Of a stretch of DNA of 53,460 bases, positions 9,539-22,390 are shown in pieces. Positions within the stretch are counted from its first letter, which is position 1. Each line of letters opens with the position of its first letter. The notes under the pieces were generated by a model. The model saw only the letters and a list, made by a program, of their open reading frames with translations, did not search any database and was not told the DNA's origin. Position numbers and translations under genes: made by a program. This DNA is from Priapulus caudatus (taxonomy: Eukaryota): positions 991,438-1,044,897 of the forward strand of contig NW_014577081.1 of NCBI RefSeq assembly GCF_000485595.1. The letters run 5' to 3'.

Positions 9539-11187
9539 CTGCGGACAGCCAGGGGGCGCCGGTGAGCACTCGCGAGATTACGCGACGGGACGCGCGGACC
9601 CGAGCGATCAAAATTACTAACGCGAGATAGATAGGTATAGGAGATAGCACTATGCTAGGCTATAGGAGATAATAATATGCTAGGTAGCCGTAGCCAGTTC
9701 GACATGCCGGTTAGCAAAGAACCCTATAGAGAAAGGTAGATATAGAAGGCCCTTAGCACTCCTAAGGACAACTCCCTCCTAAGGGACACCCTGCTTGCTG
9801 CCCATGAGAGAGAGGTCCTTATGGCTAAAAAAAAATGGTTCCGAGAACCCACCCTACCTAGCAAATAGCGGTCCGCACCCTTTTTTTCCTCCATTTAAAA
9901 AAAAATATCAAAATTTATCAAAAATTTAAGAATAAAAATAAATTCAATCAATTATCAATTCTCAAAAATCAATTATCAATTCCAAAAATAAATCACTAAC
10001 TCCAACATATGCTACTCACCTCACCATCTACAACACGGACATTTTCGGATCTTTTTTTATTTCAAAAAAAAAATCGCGGTGACCTGACTGACCGCAGCCT
10101 AAGTTTTTCAGAGGACCGCTTCTCGGAAACACATGCATTTATTTTGTTTTAGGCGCTCTATCGCTAAGCAAGGATGCCTTTTGACCCATTTGCCCTTTCC
10201 GCTAATTTCCACGAGCGATTTTGCTCGATGGCCGTACGAAGTGGGCGCGGGAGGATTCAGCAGTCTTCTATCATCAGCCTAAAACAAGCAAATCGACCGG
10301 CTACAATAACAATTTACGGGATCCGGCGAATCGTGACGGCCGCGCACAGCACAACTACAGGGAATCGTCTAGACGATGTGGCGTGCGGTGTGGGGGGGGT
10401 AGGTGGATGGGTTGCGAAGCGAGAGAGACGGCAAGTTACGCGTTTCGCAGATCTATTCTATACTCACAAAATCCATGCATATATACACCGGACACTGACC
10501 ACGCTCGCGCAGTTCGTTAGTTTCAGCTCGGCCGCGCGTATAATAACACATATTTTGACATGGAGAAGAGATCGGCGAATCGTTCCACTGACCCTGTTGC
10601 TTGCGTGTCGTCGCCGGCGACAGCGGCCGACCCGACTGTGCCTGCCCGCTTTAGTCCCTGTTGCCTGCCCGCCCGTAGCTGCGGCGAATCCGATCTCGCA
10701 GTAGGAGCGACCTGCGCAGAAAGCACGCGCTCGTTACGCCCGACCTTGACCAGGCACGCAACCCTGCGACCTTGATTTCAGGTTGCAACCCTGTGACCTT
10801 GAGTCTCACGTCACGAACTACGACCTTGACCTCTGGTCACAACCCCACCACCTTGACCGGGCCGGTGCGCGCAACCCACGAAATAGGGGTATAGTCCCCT
10901 TTTACAAAAGTACGAACACTTATACGTCTGCTGGGTGAATTTACGCCCCCGTTACGTCTCATTACGATCGTGGGCGCCGGGTTACTTGTCAAATAATGCA
11001 GCGTGCCGACTCGCGCCGCCTTCGCTACTCGTGCGCTATGCAACATTTATTGTTATCACGTCTTGCGTTTCTATCTAGGGATTACCGATCTGACAGCCGT
11101 GTCTCAGCTGTGCGTGTGCGGCAAGTAGTGACCCCGTCAATCTCCACACAACTTCATTTACANNNNNNNNNNNNNNNNNNNNNNNNN

Positions 11188-12293
11188 CCAATCGCAACTG
11201 CCGACGCCGCCGCCCCCGGCTCCTCTTCATGCCGCCGCCACCTGCAGGTCAAGGTCACGGACGCCGCGGAGCCGGCGCACGGCCCATCAGCTCCGACTTC
11301 GGCGTGTCGACGCGCGAGGTCTGTCGAGGGCCTGCGACCGCCGGCGCGCACCTGGTGCGCCGCCTCCTTGCGCGGCGGCGTTAGATGTGCGCCGAGGAAG
11401 CCGGGTTAGTAGGGGGCTCGAGTGTGCGCCTCCGGCGGCAGCGGCCGGTGCGGGATAGGTCGCTGCTGCGGATGTCGTCGTCGCAAACGTCGCCGCCGCC
11501 GCCATCTCGTGCGTCGCGCTGTGCGTTCGATGTTCGATTATCTCCGTTATGTACTTCCTCGACGTCCGACCGTCGTTTGCTGCTGCTGCTGCAGCTGCTG
11601 GATCGCCGTGTGCCCGTGCCGCACCGCCAGACGAGGGGCCGTCGGGCCCTCCGACGTGGGTCTGCTCCTTGCCGACCGTGATTCCGCGTCGATCCGCGTC
11701 GTCAATGGCGGATCGACGTTAGCCGGCAACGGCCTGCGTGCCGTCTGCGCGTCCGCATTCCTGGCGCACGCTGTGCCACGCTGGCACGCCCCCTGCTCCT
11801 CCACTGGCGCCTACTCTCTTCGGACACGACCGCGCCCACCGGCGCCAACGGTACTGCAGCGCCCGTCGGCAACCGCTTCGCCCTCCCGCGAGCAGAGCGC
11901 CGCGGCCGCGCGAACGCGGGTCTGCGGCGTCGGCACGGCTCGGCGGCAGCCTCCGCCACGACGTCAGCGTCTGCGCAGAGTTCGCGAAGCTCTTTTGATG
12001 ATCGTGACGTTTCTGTTGTCTCATGCGATCGAGCCCTTACTCGATGTCGGTAGCACGCGAATTGTCGACGCGGCGCCCGTCGGCGTGCGAGTCCGCCGCC
12101 GGCGTCGCCGCGCGGCTACGGACGTTTTTCAGCTGCGGCGGCGCCGGCAGCGTCGCCGCGGCGGGTTGCATAAGGTGGATCGGAGATGCGAGATCGAGCG
12201 GCTGCGAGCAGGTCGCCAGTACGCGCCCGCTGCCGCCGGCAGGCGGCGGCGTCGTCATCGCTACTCCGCGCCGCGTTCTTCGGCTCGCTCGAT
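11188..12293 (-). pseudogene. Frameshifted copy of the 5' part of the BEN exon
   Basis: Colinear with 2045-3098, with many 1-bp indels. Confidence 0.85.
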
Positions 12294-15200
12294 CTGCCAA
12301 CAAGACAGAGAACGGACGTTATTGTCAGTCGCGAAGAACCTTGCCGCGCGCGGGCCGCCTCCGTTCTCGATTCCGATCCTCGCTTTGCACGACGCGCGCA
12401 TCCCCTGCCCCCCCCCCTTTTGCGACGGTAACGCGATTTCGGCGAAACGCGACCGACACCAGTTTGTTTTTGATCAGGTGTTTAAAAAAAAAAGGAGAGA
12501 CTGGCTCGGTTTTAGTTCGACGCTTCGGCGGACCTTTGGCTTTCTCGTGAGTCGGTTATGCACTCGAGTCGCACACGAAACCCACGCACACAGACAATGG
12601 TCTGACAGTTGGTGGAAAAGGATACAGGGGTTGAAATTCATCGGCCGCTAGCCTTTCGAATGCATTATTTATAACTCACTTCTGTTGAACTATTTTTAGA
12701 GTGAAACCCTGTATAGTATATATGAATATGGTAAAGAAAAACTATAACTTGCCAGAAAATTTGTTGTAATAATGTATACAGCTCTACCAGGAAAGTAATT
12801 CTGGAAACGTTACATGAATTTGTACACCTTACTTCTGCTTTGAACTCTAACAACACCACGGAGAAATACATTTAGTTGCTGATATGCAAAAGATGTGTTA
12901 ATGTAAACCAAATAGAACTTGATAAGTATTTTAAACAAATAAAATCTTAATTGCTTTCTTTGTAGGTAAAATATTTGACTAGCATCGCCTTGAGCAGATT
13001 AAATATGAGCGATGATTTTAACATTAGATCTGTTTCATTTTAATCAAAGATAACAGATCTATCTTACTATGATCTTGGACTTCTTTCTTTTGGAATACGG
13101 ACCGTGACTTGCAGCGACTGTATTTCGTGCAGTTTTCGTTTAGGTGACCGCGACTGGCCTGAAACAGTGAACGAAGATGCTTATTCGAACCGCCATTGTG
13201 CCTGATCGATCGTTTTTTCGTCATTTAACCTAAAAATTCTAAAAAATTAAGCCTTTACACCTGCTTATAGTCTCAATAGTCAAGTAGTAAATCACGCGGT
13301 CGACGCCGTTAACTTACAGCGAATCTCATATCTGTTAGACTGTTACGTTCTCTTCTTCTTATCCTTCGCGAGACCCGTACATTTCTGTGAGAGAATGGCA
13401 TGCTGGGAGCGATGAAGTGTGCCTGGACATCGAGCACGAGCAGGATAGGAGCCATGCTGGCACGCGTCACCTGCCAGCTACAGGCGCGACTAGTTTACAC
13501 TCCAGCCACGGGCCAGCAGCAGGTGGACAGTACAGTGAAACCCTCGGTTATCCAACATCAATTTATCTGAATTTCCGGATTTAATGCCGATCTCAAGAGT
13601 CCCAGTGAATATTTAATATGCACTAGACATTCAGTTATCTGAACAAAATACTCACCGCCCGTCTCGCCCTCGGCACTAAACGAGGTTTAATTGTAGATCG
13701 GTTCGCGGTGGCCACGCATCATGTCATGTTCAAGTTAGCATCGTCAAACCACACAGCCACTAAAGCCACGCAGTGTAACGCTGTTACCTTTAATGCACTT
13801 TACCCCCCCATTCCACCTCCACGCACCACAAAAGCAATTACTTTCAATGCACTTACCCACTTAACTACCGCACCGCAACAGGCTGTTACTTCAACGAATT
13901 TACCCCCTCGCATACAGCACCAAACAACAGGCCTGTTACTTTTAATGCACTTCTCTCACCCATACGCACGCGACAACGGCTGTTCCTTCATGCACTTACT
14001 TTCTCTCTATCCACAACGGCTATACTTCAATGCACTTACCCCTCTGGTTTATCCAACAACAGGCTGTTAACCTCAATGACGTATCCCCTCCTCTACCACA
14101 CCACGACAGCTGTACCTTCAATGCACTCACCCCCTCCTCACGGACCAAACAAGCCATTAGCGCTTATGAACCTACCCTTCTCCATTCCGCCTCGACCAGC
14201 CGGTTAACTTTCAGAACATACCCCCTTCTTAACTGCCCTGTGGCACGTGTCTTACCTTCATGCACTGCAACCCCCCCTCACCACCACAACACCAACCCAC
14301 AGTACACTGCACATACGCCGGCGAGTTACATCGTACGGCTTCTCCGACCTTCGTAAAGAATCAACCACGGTCGCTCCGTAAAAACTTTACGACCTTTGGC
14401 AGTTGAACGATTAGGGTTGCGGACGGATCGGCGCTCGTCCCGCTGTTGATTAGCTTCCGATGCAAGTCTGAGATAGACGCAAACAGCCGGCGCGTGCCGA
14501 AAAACTCGATCTGGAGTGACGCCGCTTCGCGACTGCGGCAGAGAGGGAGGAGCGAGTTGGAACAGGCTTGCCAGAAGAATTGGCAACGCGAAAAACGGAG
14601 CCAAAGACTTTGAGGATGATTCGACTCGATCGATCTAACGAGCAGCGCCGCCAGAAACCAGCTTCCGCTTCAGGTCGAGTGCGCACCATGATCTAGGCGG
14701 CTTCACCGGACACCACGCAGGCGGCTTAACTGGTAGGGGAACACCAACCTCATGCTAAACTACATGAAGTAGCTTATTTAAATACATAAATCAGGTGGCC
14801 CCATTATACGCGCCGTTGAGGTTCAATAAATGTTCATCCAGGAAAAGGGGCTCGCGCTAAATCAGCAGATTCAAAGAAAATCCAACATACATAGACACAT
14901 GCACACTAAGCAAATACATTGTAAACTCATTAGATTGCGCGATGTATATATGCGATCGGCGCTTCGACCTAAGGCCTTTAACCCTGAGTTAAGCCCCTCT
15001 CAAACAACATTTTTCAGTTCCGGAAAAAGCAAAAAAAAGCCCAATGACTCATCGCGTTATATCTGAATTTCCATTAAATCGGGGCGCGTAAAATCAGGGT
15101 TTGTAACAGGGCACGAAGTTAATTCGGCCACCGGCATGTATGCCAGCAAATTATTTGAGGGCCAGGTAACGATTGGCCAAACAGCGAGCACCTCTAAGAC

Positions 15201-17537
15201 CAGTATGCGTTCAGCCTGTTGTTAGCGAAAGTACCTTACGATTTTTATTTAGTACTAGCCCTAATTTAATGTTAAATAGCAATGATCAGCCTACATTACT
15301 GTTTTACGCTGACAGGATCCATTTTACATAATCTGAAATCGAGAATGCGTAAGCGGAAACATATCATTGATTTTACAAACAAATTTGGTGAAGACTGCTG
15401 TTAAATTATGTGGGTCTGGTAGAAATTACCGAGTTACTGGTCAGTATATTGAAATGTGATTAAAAAAATATGATTTGCGATACCCTGCTTATATATATAT
15501 ATATATAATACTGTAACATATATCATAATATGTATTTATGTATGATTACATCTTATATATATGTATATTATATATATATAGTGTTTCCCCTGCATTGACG
15601 TGACGAACAAGGCGGCCCAACTCGCTCAAATTCTCAGCCGCCACACAGAAATTTGTCCAAAACACCGCCTCGCTGACAAAACGTTTGACAACGTGAAAAA
15701 GAGGTTCAAGAGTCTCATACAATGTGTTCAGAATAGCTTAGAATGCACCATTTTTTCACAAATTTCCCTGGGGAGCATGCCCCCTGACCCCCCTAGCTTG
15801 CCCAGCACCTGCGCTGCTCGCTTTGCTAGGAACTCGAAACGTGCAAACACATCACACACAAAATTTACCACCTCACAGACCTTTTTGGCTAGGGGACGTA
15901 TATATGCTCACGAGCATCTGTGGTATATATACGCGCGCTCGCGTCTGTGGCCGGGATGATGTGGATCGGGATACGTGTTTTGACAGCTCACAGAGCGTTC
16001 TCTGTCTCTGTGCGGGAAACGTTGCACCACCGACCCGGCTGCGTGTGATCCCCCCCCCCCACCTCCCCCGACGAATCTATTTTTACTCCCGACTGCCCGG
16101 GTTTTTGCATCCCCGCGATTTTGGAATTTTGTTTCCCCCGACTCGAGAACCGGATAAGCCCCAGGATATATACTCTCTCTCGACGGAAGGGAACGCGAAT
16201 ATGAAGTGATATCACAGTCATATGCAGTGATACACATCGACGGTAAACGGTCGAAGAGCACAGACTCATTTACAACTGGACAAACCACCCTGAAGTTAGC
16301 ATGCTACCGTAACGTCCCTCCCTATCGGCTCCCACAGCACTATCCCTACTGCAGAGGAAGCCATGGGCAAAAGGCAAAGCAGACGTGGGTGAAATCCATA
16401 TAATACCATATGATAATTTATCGACCCCCCACTCTATCGACCCCCCACAGTGCACATACCGCGAAGGAAGCCACGGCAAAACAGACGTGGGTGAAATTCT
16501 CCTTTCCGTCCATTACGGAATCACCAAGAAATTTATGTCGGTCACGACGAAAATAATACCACCCGAAAGCTGCCCGAGGGAACGCACGCGTAGACTAGGG
16601 GTATTATTAATGAGATCTCGGGGGGCGGGAAAGCGAACTGTTCAACGAGGAGGAACTACGTGCCTGCCAGCTGAAATAGCACGCCAGACCGGCAAGGTCA
16701 GAACAGCCTATAGGCATAGATGCTCCTCAGCACAGACTGCACACAAACAACCTCTCGGGAACACGTGTTCCGCAACGAACGAACTCTGCCGGCCCCACGG
16801 CGATATTTTCAAAACAAATACGAACGCTACTCTAGCATTACGGGACATATAGATTACATATATGCGTTGGATGATGTTAATTACTGGTGAATTCCATTCA
16901 CAATGTCGACACGATTTCCACCTCATTCTAGGTCATTCTCATTGAACTGTACATTGCAACACAAAATTCAATTAAGAACAGTTAAAATTTCCGTGGATAT
17001 AATTCACTCAATTTTTCAGCAATGAACTGTGTGCGCTTCATTACCGACGATTTCTGCAAGTCGGTTTCATTACTTATTGATGACTCCCGTGAGATTTTTT
17101 AGATGCGGCCTGCCACTGCAAAAACAACATGTTTGGCAGGAGTTTGTCTAGAAATGCAAGGCACTGTTGCAAGAATTCCAGACCACATTTTTGTGGATGC
17201 GAAGTTAGCCAATTACATCCATATGCCTTGCAATCGCGTCGTGATTCAGCGAGATATCGTGAAGATTTGTAAATGTGTTTGCACTTGCAAATGTGCCAAT
17301 CTTACGACCAGCATCATTTTAAGCTCTAGGATTACACAGGCACTACATTATACCAGTTTGTTCGTGTCGCAGCTACAGCTAACACTGGATGAAATATGAG
17401 CACCAGACAGACATATTTTCTTTCCACAGATTCCGGCATTTCAACTTGAGGTAATAGGTTGGTAGCTGCCGGCGACGTGTTTTAGACCTGTTCAGTTACA
17501 CGAAAGTGGGTGGATCACCTACAATTGTTACTCTTAA

Positions 17538-17847
17538 GGCCAAAACAAAATATATGTGTGGTTACTGTTACATGCCGAAAAAAAATAGGGTAGGTAGGTA
17601 GGGAAAACATTTTATTTTCTTGAAATATTTTATTTACGAACCATGTCCGAAGGATGTGCGTTGTTCCTTTTGAAGCAGGAACTGTCCTTATTTTTATTTT
17701 ATTTATATTTTGAAGTAGTCCTGAACTGTCCATATTTTTTTTTTTTTGTTTACTTTAAAGAAAATTTACAATTAAAATGTTTAGGGTCGCTGGGAATAAA
17801 TAGGGTCGGTTGGGAAACCGTAACCACACTTATATTTTGTTTTGGCC
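17538..17847. mobile_element. PIF/Harbinger-like MITE
   Basis: TAA on both flanks; TIR GGCCAAAACAAAATATA.GTGTGGTTAC. Confidence 0.75.
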
Positions 17848-18058
17848 TAACCAACATTTTTGTAATACGTACTACATACAAAATAAATAAAAACGTAACT
17901 ATTTTAGTGTTGGTATTCACACTTCATTGCCACATCCAGTAACACATTATTTTGACATTCTTTCACAAAAAGTCAAACTCAGACATACCCACAGGCACTT
18001 GGTGCATTTCAATAAAATATAACGCTAAATAAATACAAAATCTATTTACTACCAAAGT

Positions 18059-18652
18059 CTTAATGTTTCTAATTCTATACTCTCTTTCACCTATTATTGC
18101 CGACAATTTCATGTAAATGCCGTCCAAATGCTCATGTGCAACAAACGCTGGCGGCAGCCATTGCTCACGCTGCACACTGAACCTTAAATATATAGCAGGT
18201 AGGAAAGCGTGATCGCTAAATTCGCTCGACGCTAGCTTGATTTTCATACGAATACAACACAAATACTCAACCATTATTCTAATTTTTATTATTTTTATAG
18301 TTTATTATTATAACCAATGCGAGAATTTCGTCAGTCTTTGTGTGATTTCGCGTGACACAGCTCGGTTACGAACACAGACAGTATGTTTTTATAACAAGTG
18401 AACACTGTTCTTGAAATAGAAACAAAGATGGAGTAGAATGGTTGAGTATTTGTGTTGTATTCGTATGAAATCAAGCTAGCGTCGAGCGAATTTAGCGATC
18501 ACGCTTTCCTACCTGCTATATATTTAAGTGTCAGTGTGTAGCGTGAGCAATGGCAGCCACCAGTGTTTGTTGCACATGAGGATTTGGATGGCATTTACAG
18601 GAAATTGTCGGCAATAATAGGTGAAAGAAAGTATAGAATTAGAAACATTAAG
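18059..18652. mobile_element. Long-TIR (about 215-bp arms) foldback element
   Basis: 18059-18275 is the reverse complement of 18437-18652 with few mismatches; the ends fall at TTAA. Confidence 0.85.
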
Positions 18653-18954
18653 CCTGAGTAGCCACAATAGATTTGTAAGGCTAAAAAGCGAAAATAATCA
18701 TATCTTACATTATTATGGTCACACAAACTGCATGAAATTTCACCATTATGAAAGAACAATCGATTTAATTTATATAAGTTTGTAATAACTTTGTCCATAA
18801 TAGATAGGAGGGTATTAGAAGATTCGGAGAACAGTTTCCAACTTTCCATCTTCGCTTTCATGTTTAAATTTTAGCATCTTCTCCACATGTTTACTCCTTC
18901 AATAAATTTGAAAAGCCACATATATTCCCCCTTCCTACATTTACATATATATAA

Positions 18955-19142
18955 CGCTGTGGCTATATGCCCGGCAGCCGGGCACGGTCTTCGATTTCCT
19001 AAATGCCCGGCAGTTCCTAACCCTAACCCTTGTTTACTTGAGAAAACGCTGAAAATTAAAAACTGCCAAACATTTACGAAATCGAAGACCGTGCCCGGCA
19101 GCCGTCAGATATATGCCGGCTGCCGGGCATATAGCCACTCTG
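18955..19142. mobile_element. TIR element in a (TA)n tract with internal CCCTAA repeats
   Basis: TIR GTGGCTATATGCCCGGCAGCCGG at both ends; CCTAACCCTAACCC in the centre. Confidence 0.75.
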
Positions 19143-19160
19143 TATATATATATATATATA

Positions 19161-19392
19161 ACGCTGTGGCTACGGGTACGGCAGCCGTATCTTAATGTCT
19201 CAAGGCTAGAGGTACGGCAGTCCGATCGCTTTCATACTTAACGAGACAAAGATGGCGGTGGGTGGCGCCAGATTTCGAAACACCTTGGGAAATAAATTCA
19301 CGATTTGAGAGTTTAGATGAGCTAGAACCCTAACCCTAACGCCAAAAAGGGGCTTCAACAAACGACGGCTGCCGTACCTCCAGCCACCGCGT
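19161..19392. mobile_element. Related TIR element in a (TA)n tract with internal CCCTAA repeats
   Basis: GTGGCT...GTACGGCAGCCGT / ACGGCTGCCGTAC...AGCCAC; same ACGCTGTGGCT start as the neighbouring element. Confidence 0.65.
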
Positions 19393-19558
19393 ATATATAA
19401 AGCGCAACACGTATTCCCAGCCAAAACCGAAAAACGTACATGGCCATCGCATGAACGCCTACGCATGAACGCATACGAATCACAACAACATCGCCATCCG
19501 TGTGTGTCGACGGCAAGTACAGAGACACGCACTCACGCATGCAGAATCACATACGAAC

Positions 19559-19674
19559 CTCGTCTTGGAGCGCGATCTGGAAAAGGAATGACTGCGAGAG
19601 CGAGATTTCAAGGAAGGATTCACATCATTGGGAGATCCGCCCCTGCCACGTTTCTTCACCGCAACCGTGCTTCC
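19559..19674 (-). CDS. tra2: tra2 exon 2, start of RS1 domain (GSTVAVKKRGRGGSPNDVNPSLKSRSRSHSFSRSRSKT)
   Basis: Acceptor TTTCCAG, 116 nt open in phase 0, RS dipeptides, donor AG|GTTCGT (phase 2) compatible with all downstream RS exons. Confidence 0.75.
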
Positions 19675-19785
19675 CTGGAAATTTAAGCAAATTGTTACAT
19701 CAAGATTACATCTAAAACATGTAAAGATTAAAAAGACTGATTCATCTCCATAATTTGCACGGTAACTTGCTGTCCCAAATCAGCC

Positions 19786-19962
19786 CAAGGATAGAGAACA
19801 TGGGTCCCAATAAAACCAATGTGCTTGGCTAACACCCTGACCTTAACCCTAACTCTAACCCTGACCTTAACCCTAACCAAAAATATAATCAATATAATCA
19901 ATAATATTGATGTAAATGACATTGGGTTTACCGTTTATTGGGACCCATGTTCTCTATCCTTG
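19786..19962. mobile_element. TIR element with internal degenerate CCCTAA repeats in tra2 intron 1
   Basis: TIR CAAGGATAGAGAACATGGGTCCCAATAAA; flanked by the direct repeat CCCAAATCAGCC. Confidence 0.8.
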
Positions 19963-20300
19963 AACCCCCAAATCAGCCACACTGACTAACTGACTGTCAG
20001 ACAGGCATTATTTTACATACAGACGTTGATAATGATAGGCTAAATAACTATAACGTCAAACTAAAAAGATTTAATAATTAATAGTCCTGTAACTACTAAT
20101 CATGAAATCGTGTATTAGCTAAGACACATAATTAATCGGCTGAAAAGTTATAGAACAATTTCATTTGACGCTACTTGTACCAAAGAGAGAGCAAAACAAC
20201 GTGAACGTTCAATAACAAGAACGCTGCAACTAAATTACGCTGCATGTACCAATAATACTAGATCGTAAAAACAAACAAACATCAAAACACGTGTTTATAC

Positions 20301-20315
20301 CTCATCGTCACTCAT
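20301..20315 (-). CDS. tra2: transformer-2 homolog, coding exon 1 (MSDDE)
   Basis: Minus strand ATG AGT GAC GAT GAG followed by donor GTATAA (phase 0). An MSD-acidic start is typical of Tra2 proteins, and it joins in frame to the RS exon at 19674. Confidence 0.75.
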
Positions 20316-20399
20316 TGTGAATTGCAATACGTTATGCTTCCTCTAATATACCATAAATTGCAAGAAATTCCAACAAAGCGTCTGACACAAAACAAATGC

Positions 20400-20570
20400 A
20401 AATGGTAGCCGGTTTCCACGCTACTCTCCTAGCGCCATCTGTGGAGCTATCACTTAAGTAAAAATTTTTACTATATCGATGGCGCATTTTTTACAAGCTG
20501 AATGATCCGTGAGTTGGTTCTTGAAGTTTCCGCAATGGCCCGTAAGAACCTATATTGTGTGCCATCTGCT
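20400..20570 (-). promoter_or_regulatory. Putative tra2 promoter with three GATGGC(G/A)C (YY1/CTCF-like) motifs
   Basis: AGCGCCATCT at 20431, GATGGCGCA at 20478 and GTGCCATCT at 20559, about 100-250 nt upstream of the tra2 ATG. Confidence 0.45.
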
Positions 20571-21331
20571 ATAACTTCAACAAAATAGTTTCAACAAAAT
20601 AATATTTTGTTTGGCAGCTGGTCTGGTACTAGTAAGGGCGCAAATCCAATTTCAAAAGTGGGGGAGGGGCAGACGTACGTGGTTCAAGAGCCTGCGAGGG
20701 AGCGAAGCGGCCGAGCGGGGGGAGGGTTTTTTAAACGGTAGGAACTTTTCGTATTTTTGATCTATTCGTTTAAGTTTTATTTTTTCGTTTTTTATTTTTT
20801 CGTATTATACGAATAACATGAATAACGTTCACTGCACGTATCTCAAATATAGCGTATTGCTCGTGTCACGTTTACGTTACCTCGCTAGGTGATTACACGT
20901 TTAATTTCTCTTAGCTATTCTAGTATTCTAATATAAAAAGGGTCATTATTGCGCATTTTAATTGCAAGTATCAACTATTGTTTGTATTGTTTACATGCAA
21001 TCAACTAGGTGAGCTGATCACTATAGTGGTGTATGAATTTTCAAAACTTTCCATTTCAAGTAATGCTTTTTTGACTGCTTCGTGTATATCGTTGATACTT
21101 TTTATTTTTAATTTAGTGTAGTGGAGACAACCACAAAATAATAATATTATAGAAGGGGCTTATAATTATGCAGAAGCACATGTTCAAAAACCTGGGGTTT
21201 TTGATAATGATTAATGTGTCCCCCACCCTACAAAAAGTTGGGGGGACGTGTCGCCGACCTGTGTCCCCATGGCATTTGCACCCATGAGCGCAATCTACCG
21301 ATTGCCAGACTGTGTGGCAATCTCGAGATAT

Positions 21332-21605
21332 CAGGGGTGGATGTAGGGGGGTGTCCGGTGGGTCCGGACCCCCCTTTAATTTCAAAGTGCCCCAAAAATT
21401 TACTGCTCAGATGCTCTCAGAATTTACCAATTTAAAAAAAAAAATTCTTGTAGGAGGTCTCCCCCCTAAGTGGCAACGAGCCGAAGGCACGTCGCATAAG
21501 CTGCCTTTGGCAGTTCTTTAAAACACCAGAAAAATTAAGCAGGAAAAAAGTGCCCTTTATTTCTTCCTGGACACCCCCCTTTCAAAAATCCTGGATCCGC
21601 CTCTG
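21332..21605. mobile_element. CAGGGG-terminated MITE
   Basis: CAGGGGTGGATGTAGG / CCTGGATCCGCCTCTG imperfect TIR; flanks GATAT / TATAT. Confidence 0.7.
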
Positions 21606-22384
21606 TATATAGTCTTAACAATTTATTACTTTTGGGTTTAAACTACTTGGGAGTATGTGCAATTTACTTTAAATGTGTATTTCAACTGCGTAATATTTCG
21701 TTTGGCTGATGCTATGCACGTGCGAAATCTGGAATGTCGCAAAAAACAACGAAACCCAGGGAGGCTCCTTGGAAGCAAGGCCATAGTTAGTGTGTGGGGC
21801 AGATGCCCGCCTAGATTTAGGAGAAAATGAGTGAAACGCTGAATGAATGGGAATAACCAATCCATAAAATCAGTGTAAATCATCGAGTAATCAATCATAC
21901 GTAAAGCCCCCAACCTAACGTTATGAAGGTTAACGCGACGGTCAGGCTGCCGGTAGGTGGCCGTCACCCTATATTTATTTATATTATATTATATATATTG
22001 ATTATATTTAATATTTTTTTAATTATATTTATTTATTATATTATATATATTTATATTAAATATTATTATAGAGTCTACCTATATTATTTCTATGTGAATA
22101 ACATGTGAATATACATTGTAAATAATACCTGTCATCATCATCATTATTATTATTATTATTATTATTATTACTGCTATTTATTGAATTCGTAATAATATAT
22201 ATACAAATTAGAAGATAATCAATTTCCTTCTATTGCCAAGTGTGCTGTTAAAGTGTAACAGGGAAAAGAATAACGGTTCTATACAAGACTATATACTTTG
22301 TATAAGATTGCATGTGTGACTGATAATTCACCTTTAAAAATAATTAAAGAAGAAAAGACAATTTCTTAGTTATTAAATGCTACT

Positions 22385-22390
22385 TTTATT
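22385..22390 (-). terminator. Candidate AGBL5 poly(A) signal
   Basis: Minus-strand AATAAA followed by T-rich sequence between AGBL5 and the tra2 promoter; the terminal exon is not resolved. Confidence 0.3.

Larger units (their letters stand above)
6267..14775 (-). other. Indel-ridden tandem duplicate of the tra2/BEN locus (probable uncorrected long-read gap fill; a pseudogene is less likely)
   Basis: 10608-14775 aligns colinearly with 1-6266 with dense single-base indels, and 6267-10607 carries the tra2 exons expected left of base 1. A 25-N spacer (11163-11187) replaces about 1.5 kb. Confidence 0.85.

Noticed and set aside
11422..12651. 409-aa plus-strand ORF
   Set aside because: Antisense to the error-laden BEN copy; a chance open frame.
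16900..17520. Possible zinc-finger remnant or tra2 poison exon
   Set aside because: Only scattered Cys codons, stops in all frames and no convincing splice-site pair; cannot be supported.
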